Shown here: piece after piece, positions 51,791 through 60,731 of the stretch
Layout: each line of letters starts with the position of its first letter
Numbering within the stretch: position 1 is the first letter of the stretch
Assembly (NCBI GenBank): GCA_963748015.1
Contig: CAVVHE010000004.1
Coordinates: 1,984,001 to 2,048,000 of the forward strand
Direction: 5' to 3'
Length of the DNA: 64,000 bases
Source of the DNA: Terriglobia bacterium
GTDB taxonomy: Bacteria; Acidobacteriota; Polarisedimenticolia; Polarisedimenticolales; JAIQFR01
Made by a program: the position numbers and the translations under genes
Notes under the pieces: generated by a model
What the model was told of the DNA's origin: nothing
Database searches by the model: none
The model's input: only the letters and a program-made list of their open reading frames with translations

Positions 51791-51958
51791 CCGAGGGTAC
51801 GCAGATCGTACGCAAGCCCGCGGAGACGGTGGTGGACGCCGGCGGAAGCGGTGGACAGACTTTATTGGGCGCTGCCCCAGGAAAAGGTTGAAACGGCGAC
51901 CCTTTGAGACGTCCCGTCACTCCGGAGGTCGCGGGTTCGAGACCCGTTGGCCACGCCA
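51791..51958 (+). repeat. Conserved arm-like element plus tRNA-Asp 3'-half copy 3 (attR-like)
   Basis: Same element as at 50510; 43-nt tRNA match at 51916-51958 with three mismatches. Confidence 0.9.
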
Positions 51959-52013
51959 GGTCGCTCGACGACGTGCCCGGTCGTCGATCGCGAACCGCAG
52001 CCCTCGCTTCGCC

Positions 52014-52412
52014 TCAACGACGCGGGGGAAGCGGCCGGATCGACCGCCGGATCCACGGAAGCAGACGATCGAAATCGCACTTGCCCGCCTCGAGCAACCC
52101 GATGAGGAACCGGTGCGCGGCATCGGGCCGGACGGCGAGCTTCGACCCGTTCAACCGGAGGAACACGTCGGTCGCGAAGAAGGCCACCCGCTTGTTGCCG
52201 TCCACGAAAGGGTGGTTCATCAGGAGGGACTCGAAGAGCGCCGCCGCCATCTCCGCGAGGTCGCCGTAGTAGCCGGTACGCGGCCGGAATAGGGCACTCT
52301 CGAGGAGGCCGGGATCGCGCAGGCCCGGCGTCCCCCCGAAGGCGTCGACGAGCCGCTCGTGAATCGCGAGGACTTCGTCGACCGTGAGGAAGAGGGTCTC
52401 GTCAGCGGGCAA
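52014..52412 (-). CDS. Doc/Fic-family toxin
   Basis: 'GLRDPGLLESAL', Doc-type Fic motif HPFVDGNKR. Confidence 0.92.
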   Translation of the reverse strand: MPADETLFLTVDEVLAIHERLVDAFGGTPGLRDPGLLESALFRPRTGYYGDLAEMAAALFESLLMNHPFVDGNKRVAFFATDVFLRLNGSKLAVRPDAAHRFLIGLLEAGKCDFDRLLPWIRRSIRPLPPRR

Positions 52413-52614
52413 GGAGGCGTCCCAGTTTTTCGTTCTCGGAGATCGAGTCCTCGAGGTGGCGTACCACCGCCGGCCGAACTCGGCGCCGCTCCAGGTACTC
52501 GCGGATCGCTTCCGTCAGCAACCCGGAGACATTGCGGTGGGATTCCGCGGCAGTCGCCTTGAGGTCCTCCCAGACCGACTCCTCGACCTTCGAGCTGATC
52601 TTGATGGCGGCCAT
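52402..52614 (-). CDS. Ribbon-helix-helix-like antitoxin
   Basis: 70 aa; beta strand 'IKISSKV' plus helices 'VSGLLTEAIREYL'; overlaps the toxin gene; SD AGGAGG. Confidence 0.8.
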   Translation of the reverse strand: MAAIKISSKVEESVWEDLKATAAESHRNVSGLLTEAIREYLERRRVRPAVVRHLEDSISENEKLGRLLAR

Positions 52615-52630
52615 CGGTCCTCCTGACGTG

Positions 52631-53637
52631 TCAAGATACGTCAAGTTGGAGTCGTTTTCCAGCCGGCCCCGCCTCGCATCGCCACATCACCCTGCCTGCT
52701 CGATCGAGGTCATGAGCGCGCGTGGGGGCCGACTTTCTACCTCGAGGAGTTGGCCCGTTTCCGGGTGGGCGAGGGCGAGCCGCGTGGCGTGCAGCAGGTA
52801 GCCCATGTCGCCCGGGAGAGCGGTGCCGTCGCCGCGCAGGCCGCCCCCGGCGGCGTACAGCGGGTCGCCCGCCAGCGGGTGGCCGGACGCCGCGAGGTGG
52901 ATGCGGATCTGGTGGGGCCGGCCGGTCTCGATGCGCACCTCGACCAGACTCGTCGCTCCCCTGCGCTCGAGGACCCGGACTTCGCTCCGCGAGGGCAGGC
53001 CGTCCGGGCGGGCGGCGTGGACGGACCCGAGCGTGGGGTGAGGGATGCGCCCGATTCCCACCTCCACCGCGAAGGCGTCCCGCTCGGGGCTCCCCTCGAC
53101 CAGCGCGCGATAGACCTTGATGACCCGCCGCTCGCGCCACTCCTTCGCGATCGCCCGCGACGCGGCAGCCGTCAGGGCGAAGAGGACGACGCCGGAGGTC
53201 CCGCGCCCGAGCCGGTGCATGGTGGCCGCCCCGGGGTGGCGCTTTCGCACCAGCGCGAGGAGCGTGTGCTCGAGATACCCGCCCCCCGGGAGCGTGGGCA
53301 GGCCGGAGGGCTTCTCGACGGCCAGCAGCGCGGCGTCCTCGTGGAGCACCACGTACGACATCGGCGTCGCGGGCTCGTCCCAGGGTGGCCGGGACCAGGT
53401 CAAGCGCTGACCGAGGCACAGGACGTCGTCCGCGCGGGCCGGGCTTCCTTCCACGAGAACCAGGCCCGCCTCGATCCGCTCCCGCCAATCGGCGAGCGAG
53501 CTGTGCCGGTAACGCGACGCGAGATGGTCCAGGAGCGTGCGCCCCGCGCCGCGCCCGTCGATCTTCTCCGTGTAGGCGAACCCGTTGTTCAGAGCCGCTC
53601 CCCGCCTTGCCTGCCGGCAGCTCAAGATACGTCAAGT
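52631..53637. repeat. 16-bp direct repeat TCAAGATACGTCAAGT (52631-52646, 53622-53637) flanking the RluA-family gene
   Basis: Exact match read from the sequence. Confidence 0.85.
52687..53592 (-). CDS. RluA-family RNA pseudouridine synthase homolog
   Basis: 'KPSGLPT', 'HRLGRGTSG', 'TGRPHQIRIH', 'GDPLY', 'LHA'; start uncertain (CTG 53592 or TTG 53625). Confidence 0.88.
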   Translation of the reverse strand: MNNGFAYTEKIDGRGAGRTLLDHLASRYRHSSLADWRERIEAGLVLVEGSPARADDVLCLGQRLTWSRPPWDEPATPMSYVVLHEDAALLAVEKPSGLPTLPGGGYLEHTLLALVRKRHPGAATMHRLGRGTSGVVLFALTAAASRAIAKEWRERRVIKVYRALVEGSPERDAFAVEVGIGRIPHPTLGSVHAARPDGLPSRSEVRVLERRGATSLVEVRIETGRPHQIRIHLAASGHPLAGDPLYAAGGGLRGDGTALPGDMGYLLHATRLALAHPETGQLLEVESRPPRALMTSIEQAG

Positions 53638-53697
53638 CGCAAGCCGGACCCGTCTTGCGGGTACAATCCCACCACCAGCGAAGGAGCGCCCCGGGCG

Positions 53698-54342
53698 ATG
53701 CCGAAACAAGCACGCAACGCGTCCCGAGAGACGGACCTCGGCCTCTCGAAATCGGAGCTGCGAATCCTGCGGGGGCTTCGCACCCCCGCGAGGATCCAGC
53801 AGTTCCTCGACGACGAGGTCCGCTACAACAAGGAAAAGGACGGGGAGACCTGCCGCTCGCCGAGGCGGGTACTGCGCGACCGGCTGGCGCACTGCATGGA
53901 AGGGGCGCTGTTCGGCGCGGCCGCCCTGCGCGTGAACGGGTACCCTCCCCTTCTGATCGAGCTCCTCGCCGTGCGCGACGACCACCACGCGCTCGCGGTC
54001 TTCAGGGAGTACGGCCTCTGGGGCGCCATCGCCCAGTCCAACTACTCGGGCCTCGGCTACAGGGCGCCGGCCTACAGGACCATCCGCGAGCTCGCGATGA
54101 GCTACTTCGATCAGTACTTCAACGACCCGCAGGGAGAGTACACGCTCCGCGAGTACTCGCTTCCGGTGAGCCTCGCGAGGTACGACGCGCGCCGCTGGAT
54201 GACCTCGGAGTCCGAGCTGTTCTGGGTGGACGGCATCTTCGGCGGCGCCAGGCATTACCGCGTCATTCCGAAAGGGATGCGTCCCGGAAAGGTCCGCGAG
54301 AGGGTCTTCCGGGCCGGATGTCTCGGCAAGGCATCGAGGTAG
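53698..54342 (+). CDS. Transglutaminase-like (vasohibin-like) cysteine protease homolog
   Basis: 'AHCMEGA', 'DDHHALAVF', 'WGAIAQSN'; SD AAGGAG. Confidence 0.6.
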   Translation: MPKQARNASRETDLGLSKSELRILRGLRTPARIQQFLDDEVRYNKEKDGETCRSPRRVLRDRLAHCMEGALFGAAALRVNGYPPLLIELLAVRDDHHALAVFREYGLWGAIAQSNYSGLGYRAPAYRTIRELAMSYFDQYFNDPQGEYTLREYSLPVSLARYDARRWMTSESELFWVDGIFGGARHYRVIPKGMRPGKVRERVFRAGCLGKASR

Positions 54343-54405
54343 ACGGCGGCGTTCCCGACTCTCGGCTTCGGTTGTCGCCGGCATCACGGGTCGCCGGCCG
54401 CCCGC

Positions 54406-54651
54406 TCACTCCATCTTGAGGAACCAGCGCCGCAGCGAACGTGATGCCGACCTCCTGTGGCGCGCCGCGTGGCAGAGCGCGAGCCCGACGGCGCGCTGCC
54501 ACTCCTCGAGGAGATCCTTGCTCGGCATCAGTTTCCCGTCCTCGAGATCCGTGAACGTATCGAACGCAACCCCGAGCCGCGCGGCCATCGTCTCGGCGGA
54601 CACCCTTGCCGCGAGACGCATCGCCTTGAGGTCGTGCAATTGCTCCTGCAT
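54406..54651 (-). CDS. Small XRE/Cro-like HTH protein
   Basis: 'LKAMRLAARVSAETMAARLGVAFDTFTDLEDGK' HTH pattern. Confidence 0.7.
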   Translation of the reverse strand: MQEQLHDLKAMRLAARVSAETMAARLGVAFDTFTDLEDGKLMPSKDLLEEWQRAVGLALCHAARHRRSASRSLRRWFLKME

Positions 54652-55035
54652 GGCTACCCTTTCGCGGAGCCACCGCTCTGCAAGCCTCCCTTGCCGCCCC
54701 GTTCCACCCTGTCGCTCCCGTTGCGGCATGAAACCTGTCGAAACGCTTCGCCTCCGAGGTGCCCTCGCTGATTAGAGCAATCGCCGGGCCAGTTGTTCCC
54801 GCGACTGCCCGTCCGTCGCGCGCGGGGCTACGACTGCGGGAGCGGAAGCGAACTCGCCGCTCTGCCGCGTCCGGACTGCGGCGGCTGGACCGCCCCGAGA
54901 ATCCGGGTAAGATCCTTGCTGCGGCCTGGGCCACGGAAGAGTTGCACCCGACGTCGAGAACTCGGCGGGACGGCGCGAAGGATGGAGGTTGCGATGGTCT
55001 TCAGCCGGCTGTCGCCGACGAGGAGCGACCGGTCA

Positions 55036-55572
55036 ATGCAAATATTGCTACGCTCCGTCGTGTTCTTCGTCGCTTGCCTGGCCGTCCTTCCCGGTCACGC
55101 GGAGACCAGGTTCGCCGGCAGCGGCACACCGATCTTCCCGCAACCGGAGAACGGGCGAGCCCTGGTGTACCTGCTGCGTCCGATCTGGATACTGGGAACC
55201 CTCCCGGCGCTCGAGCTCTACGACGAGCGCCAGATCTGGGGGTACCTGCCGGTTCGCTCGTACATCGCGGTGCCGCTCGAGCCGGGCGAGCGAACGTTCC
55301 CGGTCGCCGCCGCCGGTGGGTCGACGGGTGGCGCGCCCGCCGAGGGACTCGACCTGTTTCTCGTGGCCGGTCGCACGTACGTCCTCAGGCTCGACGAATC
55401 GCGCGACGCGACCGGGACGCTGCGGTCGCAGTGGGCCGAGATGACCCTGGCGGACCTTCCCAGGTTCGTCGCGGCGAAGAACCTGAAGTACGTGGCGCTG
55501 ACCGACGAGGGGCGCGCGGCGCTCGAGAAAGCCAGGGCCGAGCTCGTCTCGGCCCGCCGCAAGGCGAGCTGA
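55036..55572 (+). CDS. Secreted hypothetical protein (DUF2846-like)
   Basis: Signal peptide; 'ALVYLLRP...LEPGE...AGRTY' pattern. Confidence 0.55.
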   Translation: MQILLRSVVFFVACLAVLPGHAETRFAGSGTPIFPQPENGRALVYLLRPIWILGTLPALELYDERQIWGYLPVRSYIAVPLEPGERTFPVAAAGGSTGGAPAEGLDLFLVAGRTYVLRLDESRDATGTLRSQWAEMTLADLPRFVAAKNLKYVALTDEGRAALEKARAELVSARRKAS

Positions 55573-55590
55573 CGCCTCGCGCGTAGCGGT

Positions 55591-55827
55591 TCAGCGCGGC
55601 GCGAGCGGAGGAACGCTCACGAGGCCGCGCCGGCCGCGCCGGAACGACTCGAGACGCCGCTCCAACATCCGCCGGACGACCTGCACGTACTCCGCCCCGA
55701 ACTCGTCGACCGCTCCCGCCCCGGCCAGGTGCTCGAGGGCGTTCATGAGCTGGTCGGGCTGGAGGGTGCTCACCATGACCTGGGCGCTTTCGAGTTCGCT
55801 GAGCTGTGGCGCGGGCGTGGCAGTCAT
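55591..55827 (-). CDS. Small hypothetical protein
   Basis: 78-aa ORF filling the gap, with an ATG start. Confidence 0.45.
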   Translation of the reverse strand: MTATPAPQLSELESAQVMVSTLQPDQLMNALEHLAGAGAVDEFGAEYVQVVRRMLERRLESFRRGRRGLVSVPPLAPR

Positions 55828-56029
55828 TCGTCGTACCTGTCGGTTCGTCGCCGTTTCGCGGAGCTTCGTCCTTTCCTTCTGGACGACCGGCCAGCGTCGA
55901 GCAAACCGGGGTCCCCTATACTAGCGCAGCTCGCGATCGGACTCGACTGCCTCCGGAAATTTCGACGCCCTGCCGTTTCCGTGCATAATCCCACCGAGCC
56001 GCTCGGCCAGCCTCTTCCGGAGATCCGCG

Positions 56030-59000
56030 TTGAGCAAGGGACCGCTTCGTTACGCCGGACAGGTTCTCCTCCTCGCGGCGGCCTACTTCCTCGCCGGGAA
56101 GCTCGGCCTCGCGGTCACGACCTACGCCAAGGGAAACGCGGGGTTGGTCTGGCCGCCGACCGGGCTGTCGCTCGCGGCGCTCCTGCTCTTCGGCGGCCGC
56201 CTGTGGCCCGGGGTGGCGATCGGCGCGTTCCTCGTCAACTTCTCGACGGGGACCCCGGTCGCCGGGGCGACTGCGGTATCGCTCGGCAACACCGTCGAGG
56301 CGCTAGTCGGCTTCCTGCTCCTTCGCCGGGTCGCCCGCTTCGACGAGGCGATGTGCCGCGTGCGGGACGTGGTGGCGCTCTTCTTCTTCGGTTTCCTGGT
56401 CGCGACCGCGGTCGGAAGCGCGGTGAGCACGCTCGGTCTCTTCGCGACCGGCTACTTCCCGGCGACCTCCAGGTTCCACTTCGGCCTCCACTGGTGGTTC
56501 GGGGACGCGCTCAGCAACCTCCTGATCGCGCCGGCGCTGCTCGTCTGGGCGCGGCGACGGAGGCTCCCGCGCTCCGCCGCCGAGGCCGCGGAGGCCGCCG
56601 CCGTTTTCGGGGGCATCGTCCTCTCCTCGCTGGTGGTGTTCGGCGGGTGGATCCCGCAGGTGCAGGCGATCCACCCGATCGCTTACTTCGTGTTCCCATT
56701 TGTCGTCGGGGCCGCCATGCGCTTCGGGCAGCTCGGGGCGTCGGCCGCCAACCCGATCGCCGCCGCGATCGCGGTCCTCGGCACGGCCGCCGGCCACGGC
56801 CCCTTCGCCGGTGGCGACCTGAACCGCAGCGTACTTTACCTGGGAGCGTTCCTCGCGATTCTGGCCCTCACCTCGCTGATCGTGGGGGCGGAGACGTCGC
56901 AGCGCCGGGCAACGGCGCACGCCCTGAGACGGAGCGAGGAGAGCTTCAGGTCCTTCATGCGCCACACCCCCGTGGTGGCATTCATCAAGGACGCCGCGAG
57001 CCGCTATCTCTACCTCAACGAGACGTGGGAGAGGGCCTTCGGCCGGCGCCCGGGCGAGTGGATCGGCAAGACGGTCGAAGAGGTCTGGCCGGCCGAGGCC
57101 GCCGCCCAGATCCGGAGCGGGGACGAGGAGCTGCTCGCGAGCGGGAAGCCCCAGGAGCTGCACCGCACGTTTCAAGGGCAGGAGGGTCCTAGAAACTGGA
57201 TGATCTACCAGTTCCTTCTCCCCGATCCCGAAGGCGGGCCGTCCCGGATCGGCGGAATGGCGCTCGACGTGTCGCGGCAGAAGCGGCTGGAAGACGAGCT
57301 CAGGGTTCGGGCCCGCCAGCAGGCCGTGGTGGCCGAGTTGGGCCAGCTCGCGCTGACCGAGGGCGACTTCGAGACGCTCCTCCAGCGCGTCGTGGACGCC
57401 GTGGCGCAGACGCTCGGTTCGGATTTCGCCGGGGTGCTCGAGATCCAGCCGGACGGCGAGACGCTCGTCATGAAGGCCGGCTGGGGCTGGGACCTGTCGC
57501 GCCCCCACGCCCTCAAGATCGATGTCCGCTCTCACGCGGGCCTGACCCTGCTCGGCGGCGAGCCGGTCATCGTCGAGGATCTCGGGATGGACCCGCGCAT
57601 CGCCGCCTCGCCGCTCCTCACGGAGGCCGGCATCGTGAGCGGCATCACCGTCCTGGTCCCCACGCACGAACGCCCTTACGGCGTGCTGGGCGCGCACACG
57701 CGCACGCGTCGGGCTTTCTCCAGGAACGACGCCAACTTCCTGAAATCCGTTGCGATCGTGCTCGCGGATGCCATCGACCGGCGCGAGAAGGAGAAGGCGC
57801 TGGAGCGCAGCGAGCGTCACTTCCGGTCGCTCATCGAGAACGCGCTCGACATCATCACGGTCGTGGACGTCGGCGGGTCGTCGCTCTATCAGAGCCCTTC
57901 CGTGGAACGGGTGACCGGGCGGAAGCCGGACGACCTGCTGGGCGTCTCGCTCCTCGAACTGCTCCACCCCGACGACCTCCCGGCCGCCCGCGACGCGCTG
58001 CGCCGGGTCTCGCAGGATCCGGGCGCCGTCATCGGCCCGGTCGAGGTGCGGGTGCTTCACGTCGACGGCGGCTGGCGCGTCCTGGAGTCCACCGGTACGA
58101 ACCTCCTCGACATTCCGGAGATCCGCGGGATCGTGATCAACTCGCGCGACATCACCGACCGCAAGCGGGCGGAAGAGGCGCTCCGCGAGAGCGAGGAGCG
58201 CCTGCAGCAAGCGATGAAGATGGAGGCCGTCGGGCGGCTCGCGGGAGGCGTCGCCCACGACTTCAACAACATGTTGACCGCCATCAACGGCCACGGGGAA
58301 ATGCTGCTCGACGCGCTGCCGGCAGGCAGCCCTCTCCACCGCGACGCGGAGGAGATTCTCCGCGCGGGGAAACGGGCCGCGGACCTCACCCGGCAGCTCC
58401 TCGCCTTCAGCCGCAAGCAGGTGCTGCAGCCGCGCTCGCTGGACCTGAACGAGATCGTCCGGGGCATCGAGTCCATGCTGCGCCGCCTCCTCGGAGAGCA
58501 CATCGCGTTCGTCACCCGTCCGGCCCCCGGCCTCGCGCCCGTTCTCGCGGACCCCGGACAGATCGAGCAGATCGTGCTCAACCTCGCCGTCAACGCGAGA
58601 GACGCCATGCCGGACGGCGGCACGATCGAGCTCGCGACCGCCAACGTCGAGATCGGCGAGGAGCGACCGCCGGACCTCGAGGAGTTGACCCCCGGCTCGT
58701 GGGTCGCCCTCTCGGTGAGAGATACCGGCCACGGCATGGACGCCGCGACTCTCGCGCGCGTCTTCGAGCCGTTCTTCACCACGAAGGAGGTCGGACAGGG
58801 CACGGGCTTGGGCCTCTCGACGGTCTACGGGATCGTGAAGCAGAGCGGCGGGCACGTCACGGCCCGCAGCGCGCCGGGCGAAGGCGCGCTTTTCACGGTC
58901 TACCTGCCCCGGACGACCGAAGCCGAGGCGCGCGCGGAGGCGTCGCGCGAGAGCCGCCCGCGCGCGGCCGGAGGCCCGGAGACGATCCTCGTGGTCGAGG

Positions 59001-59383
59001 ACGAGCGCGCCGTCCGCTCGCTCGTGAGGGAGATCCTGGAAACGAACGGCTACTCGGTGCTCGAGGCCGGGAACGCGGACGAGGCGCTCCGTGCCGTGCA
59101 GGCGTACGCTGGGAAGATCGACCTCCTGCTCTCGGACGTCGTGATGCCGGGGATGAGCGGCCCCTCGCTCGCGGTGAAGCTGCGGGCGATGCGGCCGTCC
59201 ATAGCGGTATTGTTCATGTCCGGCTACGCGGAGGAGCCGGTCGAGCTGCGCGGGATCGTGGAGAAGGGGGCGGGGTTCCTCGCGAAACCCTTCACGCTGG
59301 CCGCCCTGACCCGCAAGGTACGCGAGGTGCTCGACGCGAGGGCCGGCCGCCGCCCGGGCGCCGCTCCCGCCGAGGAGGGTTAG
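56030..59383 (+). CDS. Hybrid sensor kinase MASE1-PAS-GAF-PAS-HisKA-HATPase-REC
   Basis: MASE1 'WPPTG...WWFGDALS', H-box 'GGVAHDFNN', 'NARDAM', 'PFFTTK', 'GTGLGL', receiver '[10 protein letters not shown]'. Confidence 0.95.
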   Translation: MSKGPLRYAGQVLLLAAAYFLAGKLGLAVTTYAKGNAGLVWPPTGLSLAALLLFGGRLWPGVAIGAFLVNFSTGTPVAGATAVSLGNTVEALVGFLLLRRVARFDEAMCRVRDVVALFFFGFLVATAVGSAVSTLGLFATGYFPATSRFHFGLHWWFGDALSNLLIAPALLVWARRRRLPRSAAEAAEAAAVFGGIVLSSLVVFGGWIPQVQAIHPIAYFVFPFVVGAAMRFGQLGASAANPIAAAIAVLGTAAGHGPFAGGDLNRSVLYLGAFLAILALTSLIVGAETSQRRATAHALRRSEESFRSFMRHTPVVAFIKDAASRYLYLNETWERAFGRRPGEWIGKTVEEVWPAEAAAQIRSGDEELLASGKPQELHRTFQGQEGPRNWMIYQFLLPDPEGGPSRIGGMALDVSRQKRLEDELRVRARQQAVVAELGQLALTEGDFETLLQRVVDAVAQTLGSDFAGVLEIQPDGETLVMKAGWGWDLSRPHALKIDVRSHAGLTLLGGEPVIVEDLGMDPRIAASPLLTEAGIVSGITVLVPTHERPYGVLGAHTRTRRAFSRNDANFLKSVAIVLADAIDRREKEKALERSERHFRSLIENALDIITVVDVGGSSLYQSPSVERVTGRKPDDLLGVSLLELLHPDDLPAARDALRRVSQDPGAVIGPVEVRVLHVDGGWRVLESTGTNLLDIPEIRGIVINSRDITDRKRAEEALRESEERLQQAMKMEAVGRLAGGVAHDFNNMLTAINGHGEMLLDALPAGSPLHRDAEEILRAGKRAADLTRQLLAFSRKQVLQPRSLDLNEIVRGIESMLRRLLGEHIAFVTRPAPGLAPVLADPGQIEQIVLNLAVNARDAMPDGGTIELATANVEIGEERPPDLEELTPGSWVALSVRDTGHGMDAATLARVFEPFFTTKEVGQGTGLGLSTVYGIVKQSGGHVTARSAPGEGALFTVYLPRTTEAEARAEASRESRPRAAGGPETILVVEDERAVRSLVREILETNGYSVLEAGNADEALRAVQAYAGKIDLLLSDVVMPGMSGPSLAVKLRAMRPSIAVLFMSGYAEEPVELRGIVEKGAGFLAKPFTLAALTRKVREVLDARAGRRPGAAPAEEG

Positions 59384-59385
59384 TC

Positions 59386-60510
59386 TTGCTCGTCACGGAA
59401 ATCTACCGCCGCTTCTCCGGCATCTCGCACCTGGTCGGCAACACGCCGCTGATCGTCATCGAGTTCAGCTACCGGGGCGAGGACCGGGTGATCTACGCGA
59501 AGGCGGAGAACCTCAATCTCACCGGCAGCATCAAGGACCGGATGGCGATCCACATCCTGCGGCGCGGCTACGAGCGCGGGGTGCTCGAGCCCGGGAGCCC
59601 CATCATCGAGGCCACGAGCGGCAACACCGGGATCTCCTTCGCGGCCATCGGGCGCGCCATCGGCCACCCGGTGACGATCTTCATGCCCGACTGGATGAGC
59701 AGCGAGCGGATCGCCCTCATCCGGAGTCTCGGGGCCGACATCCGTCTCGTGAGCAAGGAGCAGGGAGGATTCCTCGGGAGCATCCGGCTCGCCGAGGAGC
59801 TCGCGGCCCGGCTGCCGGGCGCGTTCCTCCCGGAGCAGTTCTCGAACACGGACAACATCGACGCTCACGCCACCGCGACCGGCCCGGAGATCTGGTGGCA
59901 GACGCAGTTCCACTACCTGGAGCCCGACGCCTTCGTCGCCGGCGTGGGCACCGGCGGGACGATCATGGGCGTCGGCCGCTACCTTCGCTCCAAGCGCCCG
60001 GGGATCCGGCTGCACCCGATCGAGCCGGCCAACTCGCCGACCCTCTCGACGGGGTGCAAGGTCGGGAAGCACCGCATCCAGGGGATCTCCGACGAGTTCA
60101 TCCCGCCCATCGTGGACCTCGGGTGCCTCGACCGAGTCGTGGGCGTGGACGACGGCGACGCGATCCTGATGGCGCAGAAGCTCGCCGCCGAGCTCGGCCT
60201 CGGAGTCGGCATCTCTTCCGGCGCCAATTTCCTCGGCGCGTTGCGGGTGCAGAACGAGCTCGGTCCCCGCGCGACGGTCATCACGGTCTTCCCGGACGAC
60301 AACAAGAAGTACCTGAGCACGGATCTGCTCCGCGAGGAGGGCGCGCGGGACGGATTCCTGTCGCCGCTCGTGACCCTGCGGCACTACGGGGCCTACAAGA
60401 GGGTGTGCAGCACTTGCTGCGATCCCGCCGAGTGCCACGAGATCCCGCCGCCGGGATTCGTCGCCGACGAGGAGCCGCTCCCGCCCTGCCCTCGTCCCCG
60501 CCGCCGCTGA
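59386..60510 (+). CDS. PLP-dependent cysteine synthase family protein with Cys-rich tail
   Basis: 'VGNTPL', 'GSIKDR' (PLP Lys), 'EATSGNTG', 'GVGTGGT', 'GISSGA'. Confidence 0.92.
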   Translation: MLVTEIYRRFSGISHLVGNTPLIVIEFSYRGEDRVIYAKAENLNLTGSIKDRMAIHILRRGYERGVLEPGSPIIEATSGNTGISFAAIGRAIGHPVTIFMPDWMSSERIALIRSLGADIRLVSKEQGGFLGSIRLAEELAARLPGAFLPEQFSNTDNIDAHATATGPEIWWQTQFHYLEPDAFVAGVGTGGTIMGVGRYLRSKRPGIRLHPIEPANSPTLSTGCKVGKHRIQGISDEFIPPIVDLGCLDRVVGVDDGDAILMAQKLAAELGLGVGISSGANFLGALRVQNELGPRATVITVFPDDNKKYLSTDLLREEGARDGFLSPLVTLRHYGAYKRVCSTCCDPAECHEIPPPGFVADEEPLPPCPRPRRR

Positions 60511-60731
60511 GAGTCGGTCTCCGACCTCGACGCCGATTCCGTCGAGCTTGCCGCCCTCGGCGAACATGAAGCGTAGCGTCGCGACACCGGCTCGCGCGCT
60601 CTTCGCGCGGACGACCACCTCCTCACCCGACGCCTCGACGATCCCCTCCGGCTCGAGACGGCCGAGCTGGCTACCCTAGGGTGTACCATCTCGCTCCCGG
60701 CTCGACGCGAGCCGAGGCAAGGAGGCCGGTC

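Larger units (their letters stand above)
47048..51958. mobile_element. Tandem integrated or remnant elements at tRNA-Asp; no integrase in window
   Basis: Three direct repeats of the tRNA 3' end; accessory cargo; decayed TA genes. Confidence 0.75.

Noticed and set aside
50611..51958. Additional tRNA-Asp genes
   Set aside because: The copies lack the 5' acceptor strand and D-arm; they are att-like fragments.
46970..51958. CRISPR array or classical integron
   Set aside because: Repeats are tRNA-derived with kb-scale irregular spacing; no cas, intI or attC-type inverted repeats were recognised.
47048..52614. Prophage or complete ICE
   Set aside because: No integrase, structural, replication or conjugation genes.
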